From the NCBI GenBank assembly GCA_964016885.1, contig OZ024740.1, positions 260,896,001 through 260,960,000 of the forward strand: 64,000 nucleotides of DNA. Reading direction: 5' to 3'. Below the pieces are notes generated by a model that was given only the letters and a program-made list of their open reading frames with translations, searched no databases and was not told the DNA's origin. Shown one piece after another: positions 1 to 14,444 of this stretch (the stretch's first letter is position 1; each line of letters begins with the position of its first letter). The stretch comes from Eledone cirrhosa (taxonomy: Eukaryota). The position numbers were made by a program, and so were the translations under genes.

Positions 1-99
1 ATATGTATTTCACCGGTGAAATACAATATATATATCACCTTCACCGACCAGTCTGTTGGGCGCCATAAGATAACGCCATCCCACTGGCTGGGCGGGCAG

Positions 100-247
100 G
101 CCGGTACTCATTTCTACAGCTGAGTAAACTGGAGCAACGTAAAATAAAGTGTCTTGCTCAAGGAAACAACACATCACCCGGTCTGAGAATTGAACTCACA
201 ACCTTTCGATTGCAAGCCCAATGCTTTAACCACTAAGCCATGCGCCT
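100..247 (-). mobile_element. tRNA-derived SINE (family B)
   Basis: Minus strand reads GGCGCATGGCTTAGTGGTTAAAGC...GTGAGTTCAATTC (A/B-box-like). Related copies at ~9670-9808, 21620-21750, 38930-39060, 41126-41320 and 58330-58650. Confidence 0.75.
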
Positions 248-289
248 TATATATATATATATATATCTCCTTTACATAATGTCTTCTAT

Positions 290-1235
290 ATCTATATATG
301 ATTCATATATTTAATTTACTTTCTATTATCTCTACCTCACATATATATACTATATACTTTATAGTATTACACCTATCGATAGATTATAAACAAATTTTAT
401 ATGACTGCTGGAAATTACTTTAAGAAAAAATTTTTCTTGGAAAACTTACGGAAGGTTTTAAGAAAAATCTTTTGAAAAATTCCTTTGAAAGATATAGAAA
501 AACCATTATTTTCATACCTTCCAATATTTTTATACTTTTATATCTTCAAACGTTTTTAATATATATCCAAATGTTTATATATATATGTGGAAAAACATGA
601 TTTTTATATATAGTTTTTTTTATTATATATGTGGAATAACCTATGGTTTTTTATTATATATGTGGAATAACCTATGGTTTTTAAAAACTTTATAGCAAGT
701 AAATTTATGACTTCGTATAAAATAACATATGGTTCATGTTTTAATTATATTCTTAAGATAAAAAATGTTTAACTTTTTAACTTTATAACATTTAATCCTT
801 AGATTCTTTGAAATGTATCTCTTCATGCACTCTATTTTCACTATCAATATATATAATCGTTCTTTCTTTCTACTTCTATCTTTCTCCTTTCTTTTTTTCT
901 TATTTTCTCTCTCCCTTACACATCACCTTCTTCCAACAGCTTAATTTAAATAATCCCTTATCTTTTCAACCTTTCGGACACTCATTTGCATACTCACTTA
1001 TAACTTTCTATCACCCTCAATAAATGTACTATCTCCACTATCCAGGAAGGTCCAACCGTTAAGGTTGTCTTTTTTTCCGGGTATGTCAATATTTATTTAT
1101 AAAACAAATCTGTATTTTATCTGATGTAAACGCACCATAATTTGCCTTGGTTGCCTTTGAAATATGTATAATAAAATGAATACGGTTTTATAAATATAGT
1201 TTCCATTTATTAATATAGTATTTATTAATATAGTA
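290..1235 (+). mobile_element. Penelope-like element 3' UTR/pseudo-LTR remnant with degenerate hammerhead
   Basis: 1045-1215 is nearly identical to 25580-25755 and similar to the end of the GIY-YIG element at 44020-44190 (minus). HHR at 1114-1177 has core CTGATGT (A9 mutated)...GAAA. Confidence 0.7.
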
Positions 1236-1238
1236 TGT

Positions 1239-2564
1239 ATGCCAAAGAAGGGAGATCTCTCTAACACCAACAACTACCGGGGGATCTCACTGACGTCACT
1301 TGTGGCAAAGACCCTCAACAGGATGATTCTTAACAGGATCCAGCCTGAGATGGAGAAGAAGCTCAGGGACAACCAGAACGGCTTCAGAGAGGGTAGATCA
1401 ACCACCAGTCACATCCTGATGCTGAGGAGGATATTAGAGGGAGCTAGAGCAAAGTGCCTTCCTGCGGTCATGGTTTTCATTGACTTTAGGAAGGCCTTTG
1501 ATTCTGTGGACCGTTACTGCCTGATGAAGATCTTACAGGCTTATGGAATCCCCAAGAGGATAGTGGACCTGATATCACTGCTCTACACCAACACCAAAGC
1601 CCAAGTCATTACACCTGATGGGATGACAGAGTTCTTTGAGATACTGGCTGGAGTGCTCCAGGGAGATACATTGGCTCCCTACCTTTTTATCATCGTAGTG
1701 GACTATTGTATGCGCCTTGCACTGGAGAAACACCAGGACTCTGGCTTTACTGTGGCACCGGCTCAGAGCAGGAGAGTTGGGGCGAAAAAGGTATCGGATG
1801 CTGAGTTTGCCGACGACATAGTTTTGGTGACAAATACAGTGAAGGAGGCAGGGGATTTGATGCGGGAGGTTGAGACTGTGTCGATGAGTGTGGGGCTGAG
1901 AATGAATGAGACTAAAACAAAATATCTGGTAGAGAATGTTGAGAAGCCAGAGGGGATCACTAATGTAGGCGGGAAGCCGCTGGAATTGGTTGAGGACTTC
2001 CTGTATTTGGGAGCAAAGATTGGGAATACGGAAGATGATGTGGTTGAGAGGAAGAGCAAGGCCTGGGCGGCGTGTCACAGCTTGAGATCGGTGTGGAAGT
2101 CAGACCTTCGTAGAGACCTGAAAATCCGCCTCTTCATTGCTGTAGTGGAGTCTGTGCTGCTGTATGGGTCTGAGACTTGGACACTGACCAAGAGACTCAC
2201 TCAGATGGTGGATGGGTGCTACACGAGAATGCTGAGGATGGCTCTGAACATTAATCAGTATACACTGAGGATGAAAAACTCAGAGCTGTATGGGAGCATC
2301 CCAAAAGTCAGCTCAAAAGTGACACAGAGAAGACTGAGGTTGGCTGGACATGCTCACCGACATCCAGAGTTGACATTGCACTCAGTGCTCTTTTGGGAGC
2401 CCCTACATGGACACACTAGAAGAGGAAGACCAAGGTTAACATATGTTGATGCCCTAAGGACAGACACTGGTCTGTTGGAGATGCAGGATATGGCAGCGAT
2501 AATGAGGGACAGAGACCGCTGGAGAGAACTCGTCCATGGATCTCGGGAATTTTACCCGCCTTAG
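1239..2564 (+). mobile_element. 5'-truncated non-LTR retrotransposon (RTE-type), uninterrupted reverse transcriptase ORF
   Basis: 441-aa ORF with NYRGISL, QNGFR, FIDFRKAFDSV, GVLQGDTLAPYLF, FADD, YLG and LLYGSETW. The stop runs directly into a (TAGA)/(TA)n tail. Confidence 0.93.
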
Positions 2565-3170
<606 letters not shown>

Positions 3171-3196
3171 ATGGCTTAGTGGTTAAAGCATATATA

Positions 3197-4480
3197 TATA
3201 TCATATAGATCTATGTAAAAATATTACAAACTATCAGAGGAAATATACATACCTTCACATATACATGCTGTCTTCAGAATTTTTTTATTTAAAAACAACA
3301 ACAAAGATTTAATATAAAAGGGAACAGGTTTTGAATTGACCAATAGGAAAGTAGTAAGTGGTCAAGTTGATAGAATAGTGGTAGTAGAAATTTAATTTAG
3401 GGGTAGAGGACTTATGTTTTGAATGAAAAGAATACTTTGGGGATGGAAAGAGGTCAAGCCAGTGAGGGTACATGAAAATTTGATGTTATTAAAGAATAAT
3501 GTTAAAAACGAAGCAAAATAAAATTTTAGGGTAAGGGTATTAGTGAGAAATACCAATCTTATTTAAACCACAAGGAATCTAGATCTATTACAAGAAATTA
3601 AATTAATTAATAGGTATACTTATAGGGATAAATTTATATTAATTTATATGAATGTGATAAATAAGAATTAGATGTTATTAAAGAGTGTTGTTAAAAACGG
3701 AAGAAAGTAAAATTTTGGGGTAAGGGTAGTAGTGAGAAATACCAATCTTATATAAACTACAAGGAATCTAGATTCATAACAGGAAATTAAATTAATTTAT
3801 AGGTATACTTTTAGGTATTAATTTTAGGAAAAGAGAGCTGTAAAAGGGAATAAAATTATGAAGTTCTCTGTAGTAAAGTACTAATTATAGGTTAACTAAA
3901 TAAAAGAAACTAATTATAATAATATGTAAAATATAAGTGTAAGGTGTATATTAATTAGGTTTATAATATTTGAAGGTTCTTCTAATTCTATGATTGCAAG
4001 ATATAATTAATTCCTGTCGCTTATTTAATAGGATATCCTTAGATTTCATGATTTCAAAAAGTTCCTGGGAGCATAACCTACACTCGTATCTGTTATTTTG
4101 ATAAGGGGTGGCCCTTTTGAGCACACCCCAGGTCAAGTTGTAATCGATATTTTTCTTTCTATAATTATTAATTGTTTCAGCCAAGGATGTTGTATTAGCT
4201 AATGCCGCATTTTTAAAACTATGTTTGTGGGTATTAAATCTTACTTTAAATTGGTTAGACGTACCTCCTTTATATGAATAAGTGGAGTTCTTAGTGCTAA
4301 TTTTACATTTATAGACTATGTTATTAATAATACAATTTCCCTTTAATGGGCAATTTCTTTTGATTCTACAGTTACACCCATTCGTGAATATTATATTAGG
4401 GAGTTAGTCAAATTTGGTGTGGAATTTACTCGATGGTGGTTTGTTGCGGTTTATTTTAGTATTATGGTTGGTTTGATGTG
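3197..4480 (-). mobile_element. Penelope-like element 3' part with GIY-YIG endonuclease (Naiad-like)
   Basis: Minus strand translates CNCRIKRNCPLKGNC..VYKC..YKGGTSNQFKVRFNTHKHSF..CRLCSQE..LLNKRQELIISCNHR (stop at 3951), followed by an AT-rich 3' UTR. Confidence 0.88.
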
Positions 4481-4548
4481 TTGGTGACAACAAAATATAA
4501 GTGCGTACAACGCATCATATAAATGTAAAAAAAACACAAATATACCAC

Positions 4549-5750
4549 CAAAAATATCGATTACAACCTGACCTGGAGTGTGCTCAAAAGGGCCACCCCT
4601 TATCAAAATAACAGATACGAGTGTAGGTTATGCTCCCAGAAACTTTTTGAAATCATGAAATCTAAGGATATCCTATTAAATAAGCGACAGGAATTAATTA
4701 TATCTTGCAATCATAGAATTAGAAGAACCTTCAAATATTATAAACCTAATTAATATACACCTTACACTTATATTTTACATATTATTATAATTAGTTTTTT
4801 TATTTAGTTAACCTATAATTAGTACTTTACTACAGAGAACTTCATAATTTTATTTCCCTTTTACAGCTCTCTTTTCCTAAAATTAATACCTAAAAGTATA
4901 CCTATAAATTAATTTAATTTCCAGTTATGAATCTAGATTCCTTGTAGTTTATATAAGATTGGTATTTCTCACTACTACCTTTACCCCAAAATTTTACTTT
5001 CCTCCATTTTTAACAACACTCTTTAATAACATCTAATTCTTATTTATCACATTCATATAAATTAATATAAATTTATCCCTATAAGTATACCTATCAATTA
5101 ATTTAATTTCTTGTAATAGATCTAGATTCCTTGTGGTTTAAATAAGATTGATATTTCTCACTAATACCCTTACCCTAAAATTTTATTTTGCTTCGTTTTT
5201 AACATTATTCTTTAATAACATCAAATTTTCATGTACCCTCACTGGCTTGACCTCTTTCCATCCCCAAAGTATTCTTTTCATTCGAAGTATTCTTTTCATT
5301 CAAAGTATTATTTTCATTCAAAACATAAGTCTGCATTTCTCTACCCCTAAATTAAATTTCTACTACCACTATTCTATAAACTTGACCTCTAACTACTTTT
5401 CTATTGGTCAATTCAAAACCTGTTCCCAAACAGACCTTTTATATTAAATCTTTGTTGATTTTTTTTTAAATAAAAAAATCTCATCATTTCTGAAGACAGC
5501 ATATTTATGTGAAGGTATGTATATTTCCTCTGATAATTTGTAATATTTTTACATAGATCTATATGATATACATACCAACACACATATACATCCTAGAAAC
5601 GATCGTAAAATGATGAACTTTTGAACTTGTTCTTTGTTTTTATTTCATTGTTTTTATTAATTTATCTTGACTCTGTTTTCCTATGATTTCATCGAACATT
5701 TTTGAATGCATCTTCTCTTTTCATGATATTTGGATTACATTGAGTTCTTC
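4549..5750 (+). mobile_element. Inverted second copy of the same PLE 3' end, including terminal hammerhead
   Basis: 4549-5570 is the reverse complement of about 3197-4155 with few differences, and it continues through the HHR. Confidence 0.88.
5481..5616 (+). ncRNA. Type I hammerhead ribozyme with extended stem II
   Basis: Stem I TCATCATTT/AAATGATGA; CTGAAGA 5490-5496; 99-nt stem II region (GGTATGTATAT/ATATACATACC); GAAA 5596-5599; palindromic ACGATCGT stem III; GUA cleavage triplet. Confidence 0.8.
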
Positions 5751-5786
5751 ATACGGATTGGACACTACCGTATATTTTGGTAGATT

Positions 5787-5905
<119 letters not shown>

Positions 5906-6001
5906 TGGTAGAACACTGGAAGGTAATATCCGTAGTGGTAGAGCACTCAGTCCATGGGACGAGTTAGGTAGAAGTGGTTACACAACAGATAGTTCACCAT
6001 A

Positions 6002-6041
6002 CCGAGAACAATTGTTTCACCTTAGCGGATCCTCAGCTCGG
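6002..6041 (-). ncRNA. Minimal type I hammerhead ribozyme
   Basis: Minus strand: CCGAG CTGAGGA TCC-GCTAA-GGT GAAA CAATTG TT CTCGG. Stem I extends into the inverted repeat 5969-6070. Confidence 0.8.
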
Positions 6042-6066
6042 AATGAACTAACTGTTGTGTAACCAC

Positions 6067-6116
<50 letters not shown>

Positions 6117-6117
<1 letters not shown>

Positions 6118-6380
6118 TATAGTATTTACGTATCGAGAAAGAGAAAAAAAGGGGGAGGATAGGTGATACATATAGTTATTTGCCAAGTAGCGTATGCCAA
6201 AGGTGCTCGATACTAGTGCCGGCAGTATTAAATATTCGAAGTGTTAATATTTAGTGGGCTAGAGAGACACCGAGCTCTGACGCCAGGGTCAAACTTTTTC
6301 CTATTACCCACTCTACTACCCTAAGTATCGAGTACTCTGGTGCGTTATGGTCCACCAGGTTCTTTACCACACTTCCTTCG
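6117..6380. repeat. Composite of two dispersed TA-associated repeats
   Basis: 6117-6267 matches 46712-46858 in reverse complement. 6300-6357 matches 33420-33477 and 47232-47285. Confidence 0.75.
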
Positions 6381-6569
<189 letters not shown>

Positions 6570-8479
6570 TAGAGTTGTAGAGTTGTCCGAAAGACAGAAC
6601 AAATCAGTGCTTATGAAACAATGGGATGGTGTAATTATGTCTATTAATATCGATAGTAGGTCACACAAACATACACACATATACATACACACACGGACCC
6701 ATATACATACATACATACATACATACATACATACATACATACATACATACATACATACATACATTTAAGCACATACATATATTCACATATAGCTACATAT
6801 ACACATATAGATGTTTAACGAAAGCATGTGATGGAGTAGCCTGGTAAAATTCACATTAAGTAACATACACACACATACGCATACAATAACATACGTACAC
6901 ATACATATGAATACTCACCCAAACACGCACATACACACTGATATACATGCACACACATACGCATACACATATATATATATATATACACACGTATATACAC
7001 ACACACATACACATACATATACATATATAAATACACACACACATACACATACATAAACATAGATGCACATACATATACACACTCACCCATACACGTACAT
7101 ACACTTACACACACTCATATGCATACACACACACATATATATACATACACACATTCACACACATATACACGCATGCACACACATACACACACACACACGT
7201 ACGCACACGTACACATACCCACGGTGACTGTTCCGTTGTTGGAACTGGAACATTCGTTAGACTGTTCGTCTCCCAATCTTAAGGTCTGTAGTTTGATTTT
7301 CAGTGCCACATTATCTTTTTGAGCAAGACTTTATTTCATGTTCTTCCAGACCACTCAGCTGGCAAAAATGAGTTATATCTGCCATTTAAAAGGACAAGCC
7401 TTATCACACACAACATTAAGTTCAATACTGAACTATAAGCTAAATAATCTGTAGCTAAGAGCATGCAGGAGTTTTAACGTAAAAACAATTTAACAAAATA
7501 ACAATTGTTTTGAAGATCCAAAACGGAGAAAGCAGGCTTTGCAAACATCAATCTATTTTGCACGTTATAAAGATCCTTTATATATATATACTTCCTGGTC
7601 CCGTGCCGTAAGTAATGACGGCTAATTGTAATATCTAGACATAATATAAAAAAAGAGTTGTTTGTTTGTTGGTTGACTGCTTGATACAAAACATACAAAC
7701 ACACACCTGTGACGAATCTTAGAAGATTAGTTTCTCACTCCCCCCTTCCTTAATCATCACATAGATGTGTGTGTATGTAATAATAATTTTTTCTAAGTGT
7801 GTCTGTTTATATATATGTATGTGTAGATTCGTGTGTGTCTCTAATTTTATTGTCAATGTATTTTTCTAAATAATCACACAGAAATACATATACACTTACC
7901 CAAATATTATATATAAATATAATTTACATAAACACATATACACACGCAAACACATAATCATAAATTCACTACACACACACACAGGTGTAGCGAATGTTAA
8001 ACTTTCTTCTTCAGTCGACGTAATCACTCTTTCCTTCGTCAGTCATCTCTAGTGTGTGACGGACAAATACACACGGCTTTTATTATATTACTGATACCGG
8101 GTGCGCTTTTCGAACCCTTTTTTTTTAAAATCATTTTCCTAATATATATAAATATATATAGAGAGAGAGAATAACTTATACAAATCTAGCTATTTTTAAA
8201 TTCATAGTAGAGTGACCTAAAACAAGCTTGTTCGCCATTACAGCAGTTTCCACATATAAGACAATATTGGTCATTCCATTACATAAAATAAAATGAACCA
8301 ACAGTGAACTCAGCTTCGTCAGGTGACATTGTTTGAAAGTATAAATTAATATTCACCTGTTAGTCAACGGAGGACATCAACTGCTCTATCAGCATTGTGT
8401 AAGTTTTCACGCATGCGTAGATTAAGCAACAGAGTAAATATTTGAACACCTTTATTTAAGGCTTCTAACATCTTTTAAC

Positions 8480-9070
8480 GGATTTCATCTTACTCAGCGA
8501 CTTTGTTACATTTGAGTTCTTTAATTGCTGTTGTGACCTCAGCCCCCGAGAGATTAGTCATCGCTCCCAGATGCACCTGGTATACATCAGAAGATGCTGT
8601 TGTGATCGGGTTTAGGAGATCAGCAAAGTAATCTGAAGAGAAGCCCATATACTTTCCTGATAGCAGGTGTACAGGAAGGCTTCTTATTAAGAAATCGGTG
8701 CATGCTTGCCAGAATACTTTATTTGCTGATCTGAAGGCGGATTCCAGCTTAACCCCAAAGTCCACCCATGTCTTAACTTTGGACGCCTGTACTGTCTCTG
8801 CTGCGATTCGTCGTGCCTGCGAGTAACCCCAAGTGCAAGAAGGAGAACTTATTTCCAAGCCAAACTTTGTAGGCCCCCTTCTTTTCTCGGATGGCATCTT
8901 TGACCTCTTGATTGTCCCAAAGGATCCTCCTTTCATCCGGCGCCAAACCAAGCCTCTTTTGCCCGCAGCATTTACCAGCTGAAACAGAAACTGCTGAGCT
9001 TAACAATCACCACTCTCAACGACTTCAGTCTCAACGTCTTCAGTTTGCCCAGGGAGTTCTCTTAATTTGG
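8480..9070 (-). mobile_element. RTE LINE internal remnant
   Basis: Frameshifted WDNQEVKDAIREKK...SANKVFWQ...EVTTAIKELK (EN-RT linker). Confidence 0.7.
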
Positions 9071-9229
9071 ATGCAATAGTATCTGCATACCTAGTGATCA
9101 GTTGACAGCTCAACCCCTCTCTTAACACGAACATCCAGCACAGAATCGACGAGACCAGAGACAATAACAAAATCAATTATTGATCTTTGTCCCTGATTCT
9201 CCTTATACCATGCTTCAGCATTCGCTAAT

Positions 9230-9630
9230 CAGAAGGGAGATATGTGTAAAAGCCAAACTCGTTATCTTCACTTCGGTATTAGTGCCAACCCTTACCTACG
9301 GTTATGATCGCGAATACAAGCGGCTGAAATGGGATTTCTCCGAAGGGTCTTTGGAGTAACGTTTCTCAATTGAGTGCATAGCTCAGAGATCAGAGTCACT
9401 CCAGGTAGAGCCGCTACTTCTCCAAATTGAGAGATTACAGCTCTGATACTATGGGAATGTGATTAGGATTTCCCAGGAAAGAATCGCTGGACATAGTTTA
9501 CAGGTGAAAGCAACCGGCAGGAGACCCAGAGTTAGACCCCGAGGAAGATGGCTGGATAACATCCATGAGCTTTGTTGGTCTCGTTTGGGGATCCAGCTGG
9601 ATCAGTTGGAGACAGTTGCTTCTGACAGGA
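9230..9630 (+). mobile_element. RTE LINE 3' remnant
   Basis: PTLTYG, IQAAEMGFLRRV and RRPRVRPRGRWLDNI motifs. Same family at 22120-22530, 36800-36920 and 52810-52950. Confidence 0.8.
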
Positions 9631-9806
9631 ATGTTCCCATTGGTCTTTACAATTACTAATACTATCTATCGGTCGCAACTCCAGGTAGAGGGAGCAAAGT
9701 GAAATAAAGTGTCTTGCTCAAGGACATAACGCATCGCCCAGTCCAGGAATCGAACTCACAACCTCACGATTGCGAATCCAATTCTCCAACCACTCAGCCA
9801 CGCGCC

Positions 9807-9898
<92 letters not shown>

Positions 9899-9919
9899 GT
9901 GTGGGGGTGAGGAAAAAGA

Positions 9920-12250
9920 ATGGACCTACCTTTGCGTCTCTACTTTATTCCGGACTGAATCTCCCTGCGCAGATGTTCACCTGTTTTACGTCAGGTCCCA
10001 AAATATAGAAAGTCTCTCCCGTCCGAGTACATTGGCCGAAGCAGTACGAATCTCTTTGGTACGCAGCCCCCATCTCAGGGCGAGATTCATTCTCTTGAGC
10101 ACGGCGTTCAATTCGGCCACAATGATATGGTTGCAGTCCTTCTTCTTGGCCTAGGATGCGACCTCGACATCGACACCCCCTATTACTTGAGCGACCCCTA
10201 GCGCTATGTTGCTGGCCTCACTCCATACGGTCTCGTTCTTCTATTTGGGTACTTGTCAGCTTCTCTTACTGGGTCATCCGCTTTTACTCTCCCCACGATC
10301 TCGTACGTCATTTCTTCCACCCTGCTCACGAACTCACGCCGTCTGTTCGTCTCTGGACATAGCTGCATGTTGTTCTGAGCCACCCCACGGTTGGATAGTG
10401 TCCAAACAATTTCCCCTCCGAATTACCAGTGTGCCCGTCTTGTCTCTTCGCAGCTTGAGTTCCTGTGCGGCTCCCCCTTCCATGGCCTCTAGTGGTTTCC
10501 CAGTTAACCTGAACCTTCCTAGGTTGCTTGGGACCTCTGCTGCTGACACTACTCTCATCTACCAAAATATCATCGATGTAGGAATTAGTGGCCTTCTTCA
10601 CCTTGTCCTCTTTTCCCAGAATGGCCTTGAGAACCGTCGACATGATCTTTGGTGCCGAATTCAACCCGAACCCCAGCCTGGTCAGGCAGTGTATCTGGCC
10701 TTTATACCTGGCCAGCTGACACCTCCACTTGTTTCTCAAGCTACGTGTAACTGCAGATATGCTGACTTTAAGTCGGCAGTCGAACAGGCTCCCGTCATTT
10801 GTTTCCATTCCCGCAAGGTTCCCCCGCAGACATCTATGACCTCACCGCCTGCGTGGCATGACACGTGTTCATTCAGTCACGAAAGTCCAGCACCGGCCCG
10901 ACATTGTTCTTCGTTGGTTGCACCACTGCCATTAACAGCAACACCCACTCTTTATCTCTTCCTTCCAAAGGATTAATATACCCTTCACGATTCATCTTTG
11001 CACCTCTCCCTCAAACTCGCTTCTAGCATCTCCTTTCAATGTATGCTGATAACAGCATACTCTATTCTTCAACGTCGTGGGTGTTCCGTTCCAGTACCAC
11101 TCAACTATCCACTTCTGACCGTCGAACACAGCCCTGAAATCCTTGTTTTGTATGGTATGAAGAGCACAGTTTTCTTCATGGATCTCTCTGTTCTCCTATT
11201 GCACACTCACGACGCATGGTGTTCCCGCACTATCAAACGTTACCCCGACCTCACTCACTGTAACGCCTCATAAGCAGCTGATCGCACCCATGCCCATTGC
11301 CACATCAATTTCGTCCACCACGTGGTCGATCACGATTGCCCGCAGCCTTATGTTCCCTCCTGGTACCCCCATCTCCACCTCATTGTACCTCTACATCTAA
11401 TCTCCCTGCCATCGACTACCCTCACACTACACATCCCATTCCACCTTTTAACTACTTCCAGGGTCACTAATCTCGTTGTGCAGCCTGCCTCTACAAGAGC
11501 TCGTGAGAGCCCTCACCCCCATAGCTGCCACTATGGACAGCGACTGCAAGAGAACCTCTACTCGCTTCCGGGGGTAGCTATCGGCACAGTAACTCTCCTT
11601 TGACCGTTTTCCTGGTCGCAATTGTTGGCGATGTGGCCTGCCCACTTACATCGGTAGTAAATTACATCAGGCTTCGGCTCCCTGCAGTCCCTTACACTTG
11701 AAGCACTGGCCTCTGAACGCCCGCAGCCAAGTGTTCACGGAGGCTCTTCTCCCCTCGTCATTCATCGATCGTTGTCGACTGCTATGGACTTCCGTCGTTG
11801 CTAATGCTGCAACATTCCAATCAACACCTCGTGCCACTACGCGGGCCTGTGTGATTAGCTCGCTCATAGTCATTTCGTTGTTGCCCGGCAACTGTTGGTG
11901 CCTCACCGAAATTTCATCGGAGAAACGTTCACTAACGCCATCTGCTCTTATATGAGATTTTCTCCTGTGAATTCGGCTAGCATAGCAATTTCTGCTGCAA
12001 ATACATCCACCTGCTCTCCCGTCCATCTCACTTTGCTTAGCTTGGCAAAAGCAGATTAAGGTCCTTCAGTGGATGATTTTTTAAGGCGTTCTATCTTCTC
12101 TGCGTTCAATTGGTCTGACTGGTCCATTTCGAGATCTAATGCCCATGTGTCGCCGTCAAGATACAGTACCATGAAGCCAGCCACAATTTCAATGCTTTGC
12201 AGTGTAGTGACCAATTTTATCTGTCTAATCGCTGAAGACTTTGACTGCAT
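9920..12250 (-). mobile_element. Degenerate Gypsy-like LTR retrotransposon gag-pol (gag knuckle, RT, RNase H; no integrase seen)
   Basis: CFKC knuckle at ~11700; DLKSAYLQLHV, TRLGFGLNSAPKIM and SYIDDILV (RT); VWSEASNIALGV and HIIVAELNAVLK (RNase H); many frameshifts. Confidence 0.82.
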
Positions 12251-12455
12251 CGCTATCTATTCTTATTTCCGTCGTTATATCATCTGCAAGGTCGAAGAAA
12301 GTAAAAAATAATATATATAAAAAAAAAAACATTATGGAAAATAAGAATTCCGGAAGTAAGAAGGTCGCCGAAATAGCTTGTCGTGACGAAAAAGAAGTAG
12401 GTCGATACACAATAAAAACCTAAATATATGTAAACGAAACTTCATTATTTTTCTT

Positions 12456-13080
12456 GGATTAGCAGTATCGGTAAAGGGTCGGACGCCATGCTTTGACGCA
12501 TAGAGTTACGGCCCTTGCCATTCTGAGTTCAAATCCCGCCGAGGTTAATTTTGCCTTTCATCCTTATGGGGTCGATAAAATAAAGTACCAGTAATGCACT
12601 GGGTAATTGCTGGCCTTGTGCCAAATGTATAAACAATTATTTTTCTTATTCTCTGTCTGTCTGTCCGACAGTGGAAACACGTGCGCGCGTGGTTGCTATC
12701 TCTCTCTCTCCAGCTATCCCTCTCTTTTAGTCTGTCTGTTTATCTCACTCTCACTCTTTCTCTTTGTAACACACTAACATTCCTCCCCTCTATCGCTGTG
12801 ACGAATGGGGAGATGGAGGGGGAGGAGAGAGTCACTTCGTCACTTCACCTCTGCCTTTCTTTCTCTCCCCTCTCACTCCCTCATTAGGGCGGTGGATTGG
12901 CAGAATCTGTTGAGAGTCGGACACCATGTTTCATAGCATGGAGTTACGTCCCTTTACGGTCTGAGTTCAAATACCGCCGAGTTTAACTTTGCCTTTCATT
13001 CTCACGGGGTCGATAAAATAAAGAACCAGTAATGTACTGAGTAATTGCTGGCCTTGTGCCAAAAGTAGAAACAATTATTA
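12456..13080 (+). mobile_element. Two tRNA-derived SINE copies (family A)
   Basis: GGATTGGCAG..GAGTTCAAATCCC (B box)..GGGGTCGATAAAATAAAGTACCAG..GAAACAATTAT at 12456-12640 and 12887-13080. More than 12 further copies in the window. Confidence 0.85.
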
Positions 13081-13391
13081 GAAACATTGCTTCATTTTTA
13101 CATATCTAAGCATTAGTAAAATAACTAATAATTTCAAAAGTAATTTTTCAATTCCAATTGTTATGAACAGCAAAACATTAATAATAATTTTGTTCTAAGA
13201 AATATATATACATTTCTGTGTGTGTGTAATATATATACACACACAGAAATATATATATATACACACAGAAATATATATACATTTCTGTGTGTGTAATATA
13301 TATATATATACACACAGAAATATATATACATTTCTGTGTGTGTAATATATATATAGACTAGAACTGTTTCATTCTTGAGAAATCACCAGGA

Positions 13392-13422
<31 letters not shown>

Positions 13423-13484
13423 TTAGTTTCAGAAGATCACGTTAAGGGTGAAAGCAGCGATTCTTTGCTTAAATTTTAATCTTT

Positions 13485-13538
<54 letters not shown>

Positions 13539-14444
13539 GTACGTATGTAATATATTAATAATATATATATAATGTATGTATATATAATATATAATATATA
13601 TATATATATGTTAGTAAATACGAAGAAATATTTATACTATTCCACACACATATAATATATATGTTATGTCGTCGACCACTTATTCCAACAACCAGCGTTC
13701 TAGGCCAGCACGTGACACCTGCGTTCCCAGCCATGGCACGCGCGACCTTGGAGTAGTTACCATGGAGATCTAGCCAGACACAGCCGAGTTCTTTGAATTT
13801 ACAGACGACAACTTTAAGACTGGCTTTTGGTGTTTTAACCAACTCACTGGGGCTGAGCATATAATATATATATATGTGTGTGTGTGTGTTATATGTGTGT
13901 GTATGCGTGTGTGTGTTATATGTGTGTGTATGTGTGTGTGTGTGTGTATTATATGTGTGTGTGTTATATGTGTGTGTGTATGTGTGTGTGTATTGTGTGC
14001 GTGTGTGTGTTATATATGTGTGTGTGTGTGCGTGTGTGTGTTTTATATATGGGTGTGTGTTATATGTGTGTGTGTGTGTGTATATATAATATATATATAT
14101 ATATATAATATATATATATATTATATATATATATTATATATGTATATTATGTGTGTCTCTATATATACATATATATAGGTTTAAGTGTGTATGTGCGTGT
14201 GTATGTGTGTGTTAGCGTGTGTGCATATGTGCATATGTATGAGTGTGTGTATGGTATGTGTGTGTTAGCGTATGTGTCTGTATACTTAATTTTTCTTAAA
14301 AATTATAAACTGGTTCTTCCCGGCAGAGATAATAATCTGATTTGAGAATAATGCATCTCAAAATATGAACATGTGTGTATATATATATGTATGTATGTGT
14401 GTGTCTGTATTTGTGTTTGTGTGTTTGTGTGTGTGTTAAATATA

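Noticed and set aside
12456-12640. tRNA genes
   Set aside because: The A/B-box-like heads belong to multi-copy SINEs with common bodies. No complete cloverleaf is seen.
13661-13860. Solo LTR (TG-starting GC-richer island in TA repeats)
   Set aside because: No second copy, PBS/PPT or TSD identifiable in the window.
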